Of a stretch of DNA of 64,000 bases, positions 1 to 12,322 are shown in pieces. Positions within the stretch are counted from its first letter, which is position 1. Each line of letters begins with the position of its first letter. The notes under the pieces were generated by a model. It was not told the origin of the DNA. It worked only from the letters and a program-made list of their open reading frames with translations, and did not search any database. The translations under genes were made by a program, and so were the position numbers. Source of the stretch: Polymyxa betae A26-41 (taxonomy: Eukaryota; Protista; Endomyxa: Phytomyxea); assembly GCA_003693705.1 (NCBI GenBank), contig RBZT01000563.1, positions 152,055-216,054 on the forward strand, given 5' to 3'.

Positions 1-1104
1 TTGGTAATTATCAATGCAGAATCCGGGGACATTGCGATTATCACTGTTCTCGCAATTACAGATGCAATCCTTGAAATCGAATGTGCCTCTAGCACACCCT
101 GCTTTCGGCGGAAGACATGAATTTTCCTCTGCACGATTACTACAAGTTAGCAATTCGTGGATTAGATGAATGTCCTTGGGTGTTTGCATGTACGAGACGA
201 GCTGAGCATTTGTGACAATCCAGACATTCTCAAAGTCAAGGACTTGGCCGATGAACTTGCTGAAGGCTTCCATGGCGGTATCATCTTCCAGCAGATTTTT
301 GGACAGCGGGATGGAAACCGGAGCACGATTTCCATAGAAGCTTGCTGCAAAGTTGAATGCCAGTAATGAAGCCCAATCCGGATTGGAACTTAGGGCATTG
401 CCAAGTGAGACATCGCTTTGACCGCCATTTCCTGTCTTGTTGTGCCTGTCTCGAAATTCCCAAACAGGAATCTCAATCAGTCCAGGATGCCGCTCTCGAG
501 CATCACACATAACATGGGGATCGCTGCAATCCTCAGCAATTCCAAAATCCATCGTATATGGCCAATGCCGTTCGCCAGGGTTTTGAACTGCTTCCAGAAT
601 ACTGTGGTCGTATTTGAATCCAATCTGGCCCAGGATCGATCGGGTCCCGATTCCGTTGCTCCATTTCGGCGCGCGAAACCCTATGATTTGATCAGCAGGG
701 ATCTGTGAGCTTTGAACAAGCCAATCCCTGGCCTTGGTAATCTGCGATTGGATATCGCCTCCTTCGGCAGCTGCTGTGACAGCAATTTCAAAGTAACGGT
801 TGAAAGCATTACGAATCATGTCGGCATTCGAATGTTCACGAATGTACCATGTAATTGGAATATTGCAGCCATTCAGGTTTTTATGCCTCCTCGTCAGTTT
901 CACCATTCGGGAGAACGTCGATTGTGTCATGAGCTCGTCCGTATACAGAATAACGAACTGTGGCGTATTATCGCGATCGAAACGCCCAGGCGATGTGGTT
1001 GAAGGGCATATACAGGATGGCAACTGACATTCATCTGGGCATTGATCGTCTGCCAGAATCACAGTAATAGTAACAAAGCATATCCATAACGCTTTTCTCT
1101 TCAT
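1..1104 (-). CDS. Secreted CE4 / chitin deacetylase-like (CDA-like) protein, 3' end outside window, catalytic motifs degenerate
   Basis: Not in the ORF track because it has no stop within the window. Manual translation from ATG 1104 is open for 368 codons: signal peptide MKRKALWICFVTITVILA, then CPDECQLPSCICPSTTSPG..TPQFVIL, NGCNIPITWY, IIGFRAP, GFKYDHS, WPYTMDFG, HPGLIEIPVW, GNRAP, ENVWIVT..QLVSYMQTP, then a Cys-rich tail. These are CE4 CDA-like motifs. Confidence 0.85.
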   Translation of the reverse strand, partial: MKRKALWICFVTITVILADDQCPDECQLPSCICPSTTSPGRFDRDNTPQFVILYTDELMTQSTFSRMVKLTRRHKNLNGCNIPITWYIREHSNADMIRNAFNRYFEIAVTAAAEGGDIQSQITKARDWLVQSSQIPADQIIGFRAPKWSNGIGTRSILGQIGFKYDHSILEAVQNPGERHWPYTMDFGIAEDCSDPHVMCDARERHPGLIEIPVWEFRDRHNKTGNGGQSDVSLGNALSSNPDWASLLAFNFAASFYGNRAPVSIPLSKNLLEDDTAMEAFSKFIGQVLDFENVWIVTNAQLVSYMQTPKDIHLIHELLTCSNRAEENSCLPPKAGCARGTFDFKDCICNCENSDNRNVPGFCIDNYQ

Positions 1105-1577
1105 GCTTTAGACCGACTGCATCTAGAATAACTTAATATTGTTTAGCAAATGATTCAACATCGTTTGGCGAGCCATGCAAGATCTGATGACTCATCCGAC
1201 TTCAGTCCCCATGTTGTTTTACTCTGCGAAAGCCATTTGGCTCGCATGTTTGGTTATGCTTGGTGCTGACTTGCATGATCGCCGCTAACAAATCTGGCTG
1301 TTCGGGCGTCGCCTCGACTCCGATCACACCATCACCAGTTCATATTTATAAAGGATGCAAATCAGTGAAAATTTGTAATGTGTATTGGCGACAGAGCTTT
1401 GAAAGGGGAGGCTCCATCCACACAGATAACGTTTCATGGCAGGCTGCTCTTCGACCTGCTTCAGCTTGATTATACAGAGCTCTCCCTTTAATGTTAAGCT
1501 CTGGATAGAGACGTCGATTGTCTTCATAATCGTTATCGAGGTTCAAAATTGAGGCGCCGGTTCCGAGCAGCCGCCGG

Positions 1578-4205
1578 GTGTCGGCTGCAGGCATCGCCGG
1601 TTTGGATGGCGCCGCCGTGCCTGTTTCTGTGCCGCTGGTCCGGCATTTGCTCCTGGCCGAGTTCGACATCGATAAGGGCAGTATTATAAAGTATCAGATT
1701 CCGGGTCCGACCGGAGCGCCTGAGACCAGCTTGGCTGAATGCATGCTTCCCGAGGGAGGCCATCTGCACGAAACCGACTCGACCATATTCTTCATCGCAC
1801 CGCAGAACGTCAAAGCTAATGACGATGCGACTGAATCATGGCTGGAGGAAAGCGGAGATGCTATCGATGCTTTTCGGATATTTCCTTTACAACAGCAATG
1901 CCAGACGGAAGTCTGCGAATCGCTCTGGCAAGTTCGCTGTTATGCGATGGATCCCGAAGACAAACAGTACGGGCTCATCAACGACGATGGCGGTCTCGTT
2001 CGTGTTCGATTTCGTGTGACAAAAGAAGCCACACAGGCGGCTCCGCCTCAGTATTCGTTAGATGTGGAACGTCTCGACGATAAGGGTGTCATTCGATCGA
2101 TTGTGGTTACGATGGATCTTCGTTATGCATTTCGGGACGAAGATCGATTCGCCGTCATCGATTTCGATTCGGAGTCTTCATGCAGTTTATCGCTGCAGTT
2201 TGAATCGCAAGACGACCTGCTTCGATTCGAAAGCGTCATTTGTAAAGTCGTTGATTCGACCGCCGGCAACGTGTACGCCTGGGATAACGTCAACGATTCC
2301 GTTCAGGACATTTTAGACCCGGAATTGGAAAAACGATACGCCGATTACAGAGAGATGGACGCCGCTTTATTCGTCTGCCTGAATATCGTCCAAACACGAA
2401 AAGTGCAATCTGTACGAAGGGGCGCCGTAGTGAAAGCGCTCGCTGTCGTTACCTCTCGACGATATGTTGAAATGTTTCGGCCGTTATTATCGAAAGCGTT
2501 GGACGAGATCTTCATCGCTCGGAACGATGAGCAGGTTTTATCGTTCTTAAATCAACTCCATGCAGTTTTATCAACGGTTCAATGCCCAACAGTTCAGGCA
2601 TCGCCCTTACATACTCGAGTCATTCGCGGGCTGTGTGGATACGGTACTGGATGCCCGTTCTCCGCTTTCGAAGTCCCGCTGGCTGGAGAGTCGTTTACTC
2701 TAAAATTGCCCATAGTCGATATCTATGAGGATGAACTCGGCGGGGTCAGTATTGTCGAGTTGGTGCGAATTTTCGGCGAGTCGGTTATGATCCTCTATAA
2801 TGGCATCTTCCTCGGGAGGCGGGTTCTGTTTCTGGGACATAATATGGCCGCCTCTCTCGTTTCTCGACTCGTACTTGCTGCCGCTGCAATGGTTCGGCCG
2901 CTGTCAGCTGGCGTCCTGCATCGTCTATTTCCTTATGCACATCTGACTAATCTCACATTCTTGCAGACTCCTGGTTTTATTGCTGGTGTTACCAACCCGA
3001 TATTTGCAAATCATTGGGAATGGTTTGATATATTGGCTGATATCAAGCAGGGAACTGTGCAGCTCTCGTCGCAGCAAGCCAATCAGGCTTCGGTTAGCGG
3101 CGCCAATGTAGTCCCTTCGTTAACGCCAGAAAAGCTTTTAGAGTCTTCAAGTGTTTCTCACGAATCGATTGATTTAGAAATGTACGCTCAGATGACGTCG
3201 GCGGGGACGGCTACTTTTGGTGAAGAATACACGAGGGCGGTGTTTTATGATCATACGCTATCGCTACTCGATCAGGTCGTGTCAAAAGAGCTATTCCGGG
3301 ACGATACTAGACGCCGTTATACGTTTGATGGAAATTCAGCTAGGCTGTCCGAATATCGTGCTGCGAAGCATCACGACTACCACGACGTATCAGTAAAATG
3401 CGCCCAGAGGCATTCGCTCTTTGGAAGGCATTTTAACACGATCAAAACCGTAAGATATTCGCTTTGCATCTCATAGAAGTATTCAGTAATGTTGTAGTCG
3501 GCGAGACTGCTTCAGGTTCGGCGACTTCCATCACGCCAATTACAAAACATTTTCGAGGAGATCGCATCCAGATTAATAACCGAAGAGCACGTTTGGCAGC
3601 TCCTGGATCTATTGCCTGAATGCCGCTCCGGCCTATTGCCAATTGCTATTAGCTTATTTGGACAGCAATTTGTACAGAAAGCCGCATTTGATCTTCTGGA
3701 AAGAATCGAGTCGACCGGTGTTGGAGCTAAAGCGATCGACCAGCTTCCGTTAATGCTATTGATGGCATATCGGAGGTTGAAGCGAGAGAAGAAGGAATCG
3801 CAGCGCAGGGAATCGACTGTTCTACCAGATTATATCCAGCAACGGGATTCATTTTCCCGATTAAGGCCCACCGTATCTGCCTCGTTCAAAGATTCACCCA
3901 GCTCATCCGACATAAGCAGGCTGACGTTCCCGAACTCAAGCTTAGTTGGACTGAACGCAACAGCGATGTTACCCATGTCGAGAACAGATTTGAACGCAAA
4001 AGGGGTGTCCCCGGAGGTCGTTATCTCCATGGTTCGTCAAGATACGGGATCATCGGGTCCAATACGTCCAGCCAGCCTCGAGTCAGATTTCCAAGCCGGG
4101 TCCAGCGACGACGACGCTATCGATAACGACGCCAATAGGCTGATGCAGCAGATTCAGAGCGACGACTCGGCCTATGCCAGGAGCGACATTGGCTCTGAAG
4201 ACTAA
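1578..4205 (+). CDS. Afi1/MesA-like DENN-related polarity protein (Afi1 + SPA domains), start uncertain
   Basis: Motifs LLAEFDIDKGSIIKYQIP, LAECMLPEGGH, VRRGAVVKALAVVT, RLFPYAHL, PGFIAGVTNPIF..WFDILADI. Intron 3450-3497 joins to QLLDLLPECRSGLLPIAISLF. No in-frame ATG precedes the first motif. Confidence 0.8.
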
Positions 4206-4448
4206 TTAAACAGAAATAACATAATCGTACAAAGAGAGATACTGACCACTTGTGCAAACTTTTATTCCATATTGAATGGCTCTAGCTTCAATATCCATCA
4301 TTACGATGATTTCGTCCAATCCGCTCATGCTTAAGCCGTTACATACAAAGCATCGTTGTAATGCTACTTGAGTGACTGATGCAATTCTACATGATCAGCA
4401 GACCCGATCATGTAACTATAGTAAGATGGCCCGATAGATGTAAGCAGG

Positions 4449-6027
4449 ATGACGGTACGCGATACTACAAGGTTGCCCGGCCCGATGCCGGTTACGGGAA
4501 CAGCGGAATTAGGGTTTGCGTTCATGTGGTCGACGGCATCCAGCCGGATGTCCCGGGTGATGCCGGCCCGAATCGGTCGCCGCTCCTTGTCGCTGCTCTT
4601 CTCGGCGCCCACCAGGTTGCCGAGGGCACCTGCCACGCCGCCCTACCGTCGCAATGGCCGGTACATCAACCCTTGGCAGACCGCCCCGGAACGAAACATG
4701 GCCGCCGCTCTCTGGCGAATGTTACGATGTCATCTGAACTCACACGACGTTCAATTGCCAAGGACGCAGCCCGATTTCAACCTGATTCGAAACCCGCCAA
4801 ACTCCAACGACGAAGCCATTCTAACTTGGTACCGATGTTTCATCTCTTTTTTTCTCATGATTCACCTCTTACTAGGATCGGGCACTCCTCGTTTCTTATT
4901 CAAGTAAGTTCAAACCATGATCTTGCTTCTTATTCAACAATGCGTTTGTAGATAGGGCGCTATAATATTCTCACCGACCCTATCTTCTCAGAACGAGCTT
5001 CGCCATCGATCTGGTTCGGTCCTAAACGTATAGTTCCGGTTGCAAACGGGTCGCTATCGAATCTGGTCGCTGATTTACCTCCCATCGATATCGTTCTCAT
5101 CTCACACAACCATTACGATCATCTGTGCGCAGACACCGTCGACGCCTTGCACGCCTCGCATCGCCCAACCTTCTTCGTCCCGGCCGGCGTCGGCGAATGG
5201 ATGCGCCAGCGCCGTATCGACGACGTCGTCGAGATGGATTGGTGGCAAACGTCCTCCTCGCCTTGTTTGATGAGCAGCACATCTCCTCAGATTGAGATCA
5301 TCTCCTTACCTGTACAACACCTCACATCTCGCTCAATATTTGATCGTGGTGCTACATTATGTCTCAGCTATATGATGCGATTCCGAACATTGGATTCGAT
5401 TCGTCAAATCTATTTCGCCGGCGATACAGGTCCGTGTGGCTGTCGTTCGCGAATTTGTTCCTTATTCTTGAAAGGTTATCGTAACGTGCCGGAATCGTTC
5501 GTCGGTGATGAGAATGATCTCCCATCGAATCCTGTGTTCAGACAGGTCGGTGAGCGCCTTGGTCCGGTAGACCTTTCGCTGATCCCGATCGGTGCCTATT
5601 CGCCACGATGGTTCATGTCACCAATGCATTTATCTCCTGAGGACGCTGTCTGTGTTCACCAAGATCTGCGATCACGACAATCTATCGGCATGCATTGGGG
5701 CACCTTCTTCCTGTAACTCTCCTCTTTCCGCAATCAATATTCTGAAAATTTCGCAGAACCGAAGAACCAGCCGATGAACCGCCACGACGATTGCGCGCGG
5801 CGACCAGCGCCCAAGGCCTAACCGAGTCCGAATTCGGCGTGATGCAGCACGGCGAGACCAGACGCATCCAGTTCGAAACAGCAAACGAATTGATTCGCGA
5901 ATTCGAGACAACGCCGATGGCGCGCAGGTACGCCACCGACCTCCCATTGTGTTTACTAATCATCGATTGCAGCAGTAATAGGGCCGACGATGAGAGGCGG
6001 TCCAGTACGTTGCAGGCTCATCTCTAG
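4449..6027 (+). CDS. NAPEPLD: NAPE-hydrolysing phospholipase D (metallo-beta-lactamase fold, Fmp30-like)
   Basis: Spliced motifs GRYINPW, LTWIGHSSFLIQ, ILTDPIFSERASP, LPPIDIVLISHNHYDHL, YFAGDTGY, IPIGAYSPRWFM..H, SIGMHWGTFFLTEEP. Start is ATG 4449 or 4524; the 4524 start gives an Arg/Ser-rich, acid-free N-terminus resembling a mitochondrial presequence. Confidence 0.92.
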
Positions 6028-7546
6028 AAGATGGTAATCCAGCGGTTAATAACTGACGGATCCTTCTGCTGTTGATTGATGCATTCTGTGATCCAGAATA
6101 GGTTCCGCCGTTCCTGCTCTTTCAGCTTGACAAATGCCCAGATAAATGCGAAATGCGATTGCCCCTGAAACGCCTCACGATTCAGCTCGACCTCGCGCTC
6201 GTATAGCACGTCCTCGATCCTGTCATAATTAGCAGAACATTAACAGGGATCGATAGGCTGTTACTCTTTGCCTTCGTTATGAGCTCGTTGCCATAATTGT
6301 GCGAAAATCTTGTAATCTTCGAGGACGGCCCCGAGCTGGGTCGCATCACCCACCTGCGCGAATTTATCGATGGCGTTCGGGTACAAAGTCCCAAACGATG
6401 CGAACAGCTTGGCGCGATCATCGCGCCGAACGGGGTCGTTCAGCGGAGTTGCGAACGAATTAATCATGATGGAAATGGCACGGCGATCAGCCTCGAACTC
6501 GAGCAGCGTCTTCATAGTCTCCCACGTCTCACCGCCCATACGACGACAATAATCGTAGAAATCTTCCAGCCACAATCTGGGGACACGAACAATGACATTC
6601 ATAACGATACGATTAAAATGAGCGGCGTTACTTTTTGAGAATGTCGTTGATGACATCGATGTCTTCTTCAGAGAAGATCTGATGCATGTGCTGGAATGAG
6701 CTCAGCTCCTGGGTGACCGGCGCGATACATTCAAAATATTTCTCGAAATAACGAGCTACAGGGGTATCAATAAGGACCGTCGAATAGAGCTCCAAGAACC
6801 CTTCTTCTGTGTTCTCAAACGTCAATATCGACTGCCGACGACAATCAGCTATTTCTAAAAAAATGCAAAAACAAAACCGACTTTCATTCTCGGAAACCGA
6901 CCCATCGGATTGCATTTCGATAATAGTTGATCAGGAGCGCCTAGAACCAATATTCGATCTGGGTTTAGGGTTTAGGGTTTAGCTTATACCTCCTTTGATG
7001 AGGCTCAGGATCAGGAACGAGATGTTATCGAGCATGAATTCGAACGAGATCAGATCCATGAAGCTAGCCAGCGATCCGGTCGCCTGCGCTCGCACGAAAT
7101 CGTATTCCTTTCAATCGATCGGTGGCGAACATCAAGCGAAAAAAAAAACTGCACCGACCTTCTCTAATTTATTCGAGCAAGCTTCGACCACGAAATCGGG
7201 CGTCAATTTCCCTGACTGTAATGACTGCAGCGATTTGGCGTAATCGGTATCGGTTAGTGTCAGCTTCACATCGTCTACATGAATAAATCAATCGAGGGAA
7301 TTATGCATAATTCCGCAAACCGAGCGTTTCGCATTGGCAGAGCTGCCGATAATGATAATCCTGCAGGAACCCGGAACGGAACCCGCGAAAGACACCTTCT
7401 AGAAACCTATTCGAAGGTCAGAGATAGAGACATCGCCGCCGCCCTAAGTACCCATAGGAGATGTTGAAGGTGAGCAGGGAGCCGGGCGGCTCGTACGATC
7501 GGATGAACGACTCCTCCTCGTAGTAGTCGAGAGCGTCGTCGGCCAT
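6024..7546 (-). CDS. VMA6: V-type ATPase V0 subunit d
   Basis: Spliced FNISYGFLEGVFRGFRSG, LCQCETL.DVKL, KCNPMG, LYSTVLIDTPVARYF, LLEFEADRRAISIMINSF, KLKEQERRNLFWITECI; about 7 short GT-AG introns. Confidence 0.95.
6961..6982. repeat. Telomere-type (TTTAGGG)n tract inside intron 6941-6989 of V-ATPase d
   Basis: gggtttagggtttagggtttag seen directly. Confidence 0.85.
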
Positions 7547-9065
7547 GGAGTCTGTCGCCGACTGCTGATCTTGTGTCTCCGACCCCGTACAACACAGCAA
7601 TCTTCCCCGATCAGATATCGTTATAAGCCGATCTTCGACTCGCTCACAATAAAAGTCTCTCTTCTAGTGTAACGTTATGTCTTAACCAGGGTTACGTTAC
7701 TTCCATTGAGAAAAATCGCAACTTTTAAGTGTTTTTTTTTGAAAACTCAATAACCTCGCTGTGTCAAGCTATGTTGTTGGCGCCTAATGCCACCGATAGA
7801 TGGCGGGAATACGAATGAGGGAAGGGGGTTTAACCCATGCACAGCCTCTCGCAATGATTGCTTACAAATTGGAGGCCATTTGCATCCAGATTGATCAAAT
7901 CAGGAATACTGGAGTCAGACTCAGGTATTGTAGCTCTGTTCCAGAACTGAAAGTGAGTCTTATTTATCAGAGCTGGAAAATGGTATGATACTACTGACAA
8001 AATCATATTTATTTTCCGTGTCTTAAATGAGGGGATTTTTGGGATTGTTCCCAGTAATTGCTTCAATACTACTTTTTAAAGGTATTTCACATACGTGAAT
8101 CATACTGCAATCGATGCCAGCTCATGGTCGGCTCAAACTTTCTATGCCATAAGTCGCATCATATTACAAACTTTAAGCAAGACATCAATCTCCCGTCTGT
8201 TGCAGCTGATTTGATATTGGATAGACTGCAGAAGGCAGAGCTCCTGTCGTCTCCTGCAACAAAGCTCCTCTGAGAAGTCCATATGGAGACTCCTCGTTAC
8301 AACTTTGTATCGAAGCGCTTGCTAAAGTTAGTTTATGGTTAAGTTTGAGATATGCACATATTAGGAGACTTTTGCAATGGAATGGAAACATCTGTTGAAT
8401 GAAGCATAACGCCTTTCTGGCGTTCCAGCTAAGTTCCAGAAGTTTTAGACAAGAGACTTGTTTGTACGAAGTCTATACAATAGAATACTTCATCGACAGT
8501 CATGAGAATGCTCTCGCCCAGAGCTGTTTGCCAGGATTGGATTGGATTTTCTAGTTTGTTGATTTTGTCAACGGGCGGCGCGGTGACCCTCGCGCAAGGC
8601 AGGTATTACTGAGGCATCGCCTCAATCTACCAGGGGACTCTTACTTCCAGTTTCAGAGCCGATAACTAATACACCCATAGCTGTTTGCCAGGAACTTTGG
8701 ATAGCAATAAGAACCTGTTTGTTGCATTCACAGCATTTGACGAAATGTTGTGTATTTTGCTGTGTGTATCATTTGTGCACTTCGTCAAAAAGTGTCGTGT
8801 TTTAATCCGCCTGTGAATCCACGGCCTGCTATCCGCCTTCTGCTACGAAGGTGTGGGAGCTGTGGGTGAGCAGGGCAGCAGCCAGGGCAATCGCATCAGC
8901 GGCGGCAAGGCTGCAGCATCTTCAAAATAATCGCCTAACTGAACACAATCCTGATATGCTGCATGATTGCAAAGCCAATGCAAAGATCGACAACGTGGGC
9001 GAGATCGTGTGCTGTACCGGTCCTGAGGACCCCGAGCCGACCTGTGATAGTGTGCCAGCCGATCC

Positions 9066-10312
9066 ATGTCGGAGCGCCTGGTCGTCGTCCTCGTCGTCCT
9101 GTTGGCCGTGGCCATCTCGCAGGCGGCCGGTCGCCGGATTGCATTACGACGGAACGTGCAGGCGGCGCAGAATCGGCTGGCGTATGTTCGGGCGGCCCGT
9201 GAACATCATCGGCAGCTCAGCGGGAATCGAACTGATGATGATGATATCGACATTGGTCTGGTGGATTCCATCATTCACGAGTTCCTGGCCGAGGTTCAAG
9301 TAGGTGATCCAGGCCAGGTCGTTCACGTTGTATTCGATACAGGATCGAGCGAGATCTGGATGTCATCTAGTTTATGTGATGACAATACATGCTTGCTGGA
9401 AGATCACAGATTTGATCCGAACCTATCCAGCACCTATGTTGGTAGTGATCGGAGAGAATCCTGTGTCTATGGATCTGGTGAGGTCGAGGGCCTGATCGGA
9501 TATGATCAGATCCAGATCGCATCAGGCGTTGTGGTCGAACGTCAATCTATGGGTCTCATAGAAGCACAAGACGGGTCCGTCTTTGAAGGTTTGTGCAGCG
9601 TTGATCGTCCTTGGTTTGCTTATTGAGTTCATGAAATCTAGCGGGTGTTCTGGATGGGATTGTTGGCATGTCATTGAAAGGTCTTTCATCATTCCAGGAT
9701 GACGACGACTTTCAGGAGAATTTACCTCTCATTTACAACATGCGAGCTCAGGGCCTCCTGCCCCGGGGCCAGTTCGCCTTCTATTTCTCTCGTGATGAGA
9801 CCCGCCGCCCCAGCGAGCTAGTATTTGGTGCTATGGATCCGGAACTGTACACCGGCTCGATGCGCTGGGTTGACGTCGTCGGTCAAGGGTTCTGGGCCGT
9901 CCCCATCACCAAGCTCACCATCGGTGGCATCGACGTTCGCGATTGCAACGAGGACAACCCGTGCTATGGCATCCTGGATTCGGGATCCACGGCGTTCACC
10001 GGACCTACCTTCGTCTTGGAGCAGATGGCGATGTCGTTCGAGTCTGGCACCAGAATCACTGATTTACCCAGGGTGACGTTCACGATCGGCGGAGTCGATT
10101 ACATCATCGAAGGCGAAGAGTACGTCATTTGTGAAGGCGTAGAATGCTGCCCGGGCTGGACCGCCATGGACTTCCCGGATGTCAACGCCTTCATTCTTGG
10201 AGATCTGTTCCTGGCCAAATACTTCACCATCTTTGACCTGGATCGTCATCGGGTCGGATTGGCCCCTGTCGCACCGCTCGTTGGTGGCAAACGACCTGGG
10301 AATCTGTATTGA
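9066..10312 (+). CDS. Secreted aspartic protease, pepsin family A1
   Basis: Signal peptide; VVFDTGSS and ILDSGST catalytic motifs; flap YGSG; DGIVGM after intron ~9589-9641; FILGDLFLAKYFTIFD. Confidence 0.93.
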
Positions 10313-10621
10313 AATCGGCGCCTTCCCTAAGAATGTGAAGAACTGCTTTAACAATTTCAAGCAGCTTCTGTAAATATACGCCATCAAATATCACTCCATT
10401 CCGGTCGAGAAAATGATCGAATTTGTGGTTGTTTAATTCTCGAATCCTGCTCTATTATTTCGAGTCAATGAAATTTCGGTCTTAGACCGGGAATTCGGCG
10501 CCAACAAGATAGTCCTGCTACTTAAGGGCATTTTTTGATCGCCAACAGGGTGCCACAATGAGATAAGCGGATTCGATTCGCGGAAATTGAATGATTATTA
10601 GGGACGAGAGAGAGATTCGGC

Positions 10622-12322
10622 TCATTTCGGGGCCGCCATAAATACCGAATACCTTTCAACATTTCGATACGATTGAATATGCTTGGGAGAAAGCAGGGCC
10701 GTTTCTGCAGCAATTCCAAGTAGGATTAAGCGTAGCGCCAGTTTAGATGCAAACAAGATCGCGAAACAAAGAACGCTGACGATAATCACGAAACCGGTTT
10801 GGCCTCGGACCGCGCCGACGGCCAACCATAAGGAGTATATGACGCCACGCAGCAGTACGACTGCGATTGGGATCGAGACGAACCCGATTCTTCGGGAAAT
10901 GAAATGAGATGCGTCGGAGACGGCGCGTAGGGCTTTATCTGACCCGATATCGTTATATAGAACGTCCCGAAACTCGTTGAACAAATCAGTGTCGAAAGAG
11001 TTAAACTTGACAATACAGCCATGCTTGATCCAATCAACCACAAATTCCATGAACAGTAGAATCGCGAAACGCTGCGATGCTTGCTGAAGCCAATCGGCGG
11101 CGGCCGCAACCCCACCGAGGTTCGACAAATTCACGACCAGGATGACGACAGCGAACAGAACCAAATGGAAACGTTCAACAATATCACTGGTGGCAATCTG
11201 GAAGACTTGCTCCTTCGTATATTTCTTAAATACACTCGATTTCAGTTCGATGAAGTTGTTGGATGATAGTAGCGAGACCAGCGCCGAGGTGTTCGAGTTC
11301 ATGGCCACGTTCAAGCAGACAACCTGCAGATACAGAACCAGCGTGTGTACGACCGTGTAGCCGGATGCCACCACAAAATCCAGTACGGTGTAGCGGGATA
11401 GCAGACGCGCCTGCGCATTGGCGTATAAGGCGTCGAGAATATCCTCACCGAATGAGCAGCAGAGTTTATCGAAGACGGTGAGAATATTGAAGAGGACGTA
11501 AAGCTTAAAAAAGTTCTGCCCTCGAATCAGGTGATAGATCGATGAGAAGGTGATATTCAGCAACGAGAGAAGCACACAGCAGCTGACAATCAGTAGAGCC
11601 CGAACGACGTCTTTAGGCGACCATTTAGTCGCCGGCCACAGAAAGCCCAACACCAACCGCAGCGGCAATAATGTAAATATGTACAAGAATTCTTCAAGAC
11701 ACACCAAGAAACCAACCAGCCTGCAGAATCGGTCAGCTCATTAAAACAGCAAAATCGAATTATACAATAAAGGACAGCGAAATTAAAGAAGCGAAAATCA
11801 GAACAGAGGAAGATGAATTAAAAGGAATCGGGAAAAACGAAAACAGGAAGAAAATAACCAAATATAAAGAGCCGAGGATTAGAAACGCATTTACAGGAGT
11901 CGCTCAAGGCGAAACGGAATTCGAGCAAATCGGTTCAAGTTAGATATTGATGTTGATAGCAGATTAATATCACTCGTGCTGAATTGCAGTGACAGATAAC
12001 GCCAGAATGATATCGAACCAATCTCAGCCAAGCGCGTTGGCGACATGCTACGACTCCTGGAACCACTCGCTTCGGTGCTGGATGAAGATCGGCTGGAAAG
12101 AATGCTCGATTCAGACGGCAATGGTCTCAGAGGCAGAAACAAGCTTCTGGACTCCGGAGAGCGATGCCGGCGACCTGAAACCGAGAGCGACCGCAGCGTC
12201 GCCGGAACCGAGAGCGGCGCGCGCCGAGTCGGTGCCGGCGACATTGCCGCGATCATGCACGTTCGGTCGACGAGCTCCTGGATAACGGATTGAACGATGA
12301 CATGGTCGACATCGTCATCCAT
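10622..12322 (-). CDS. TAPT1: TAPT1/Emp65/POD1 (DUF747) ER membrane protein
   Basis: YHLIRGQNFFKLYVLFN, DKLCCSFGEDILDAL, SNNFIELKSSVFKK, SDIVERF, VDWIKHGCIVKFN. Exon 1 runs from ATG 12322, followed by a ~170-nt pyrimidine-rich intron (~11722-11894). Confidence 0.9.

Noticed and set aside
162-1027. ORF-track entries over the first kb, and many similar short antisense or alternative-frame ORFs across the window
   Set aside because: They are shadows of the real spliced genes (here the minus-strand CE4 gene).
7800-8700. Short AT-rich ORFs and a 15-bp repeat (agctgtttgccagga at ~8522 and ~8678)
   Set aside because: No recognisable protein or consistent splice model; repeat too short to define an element.
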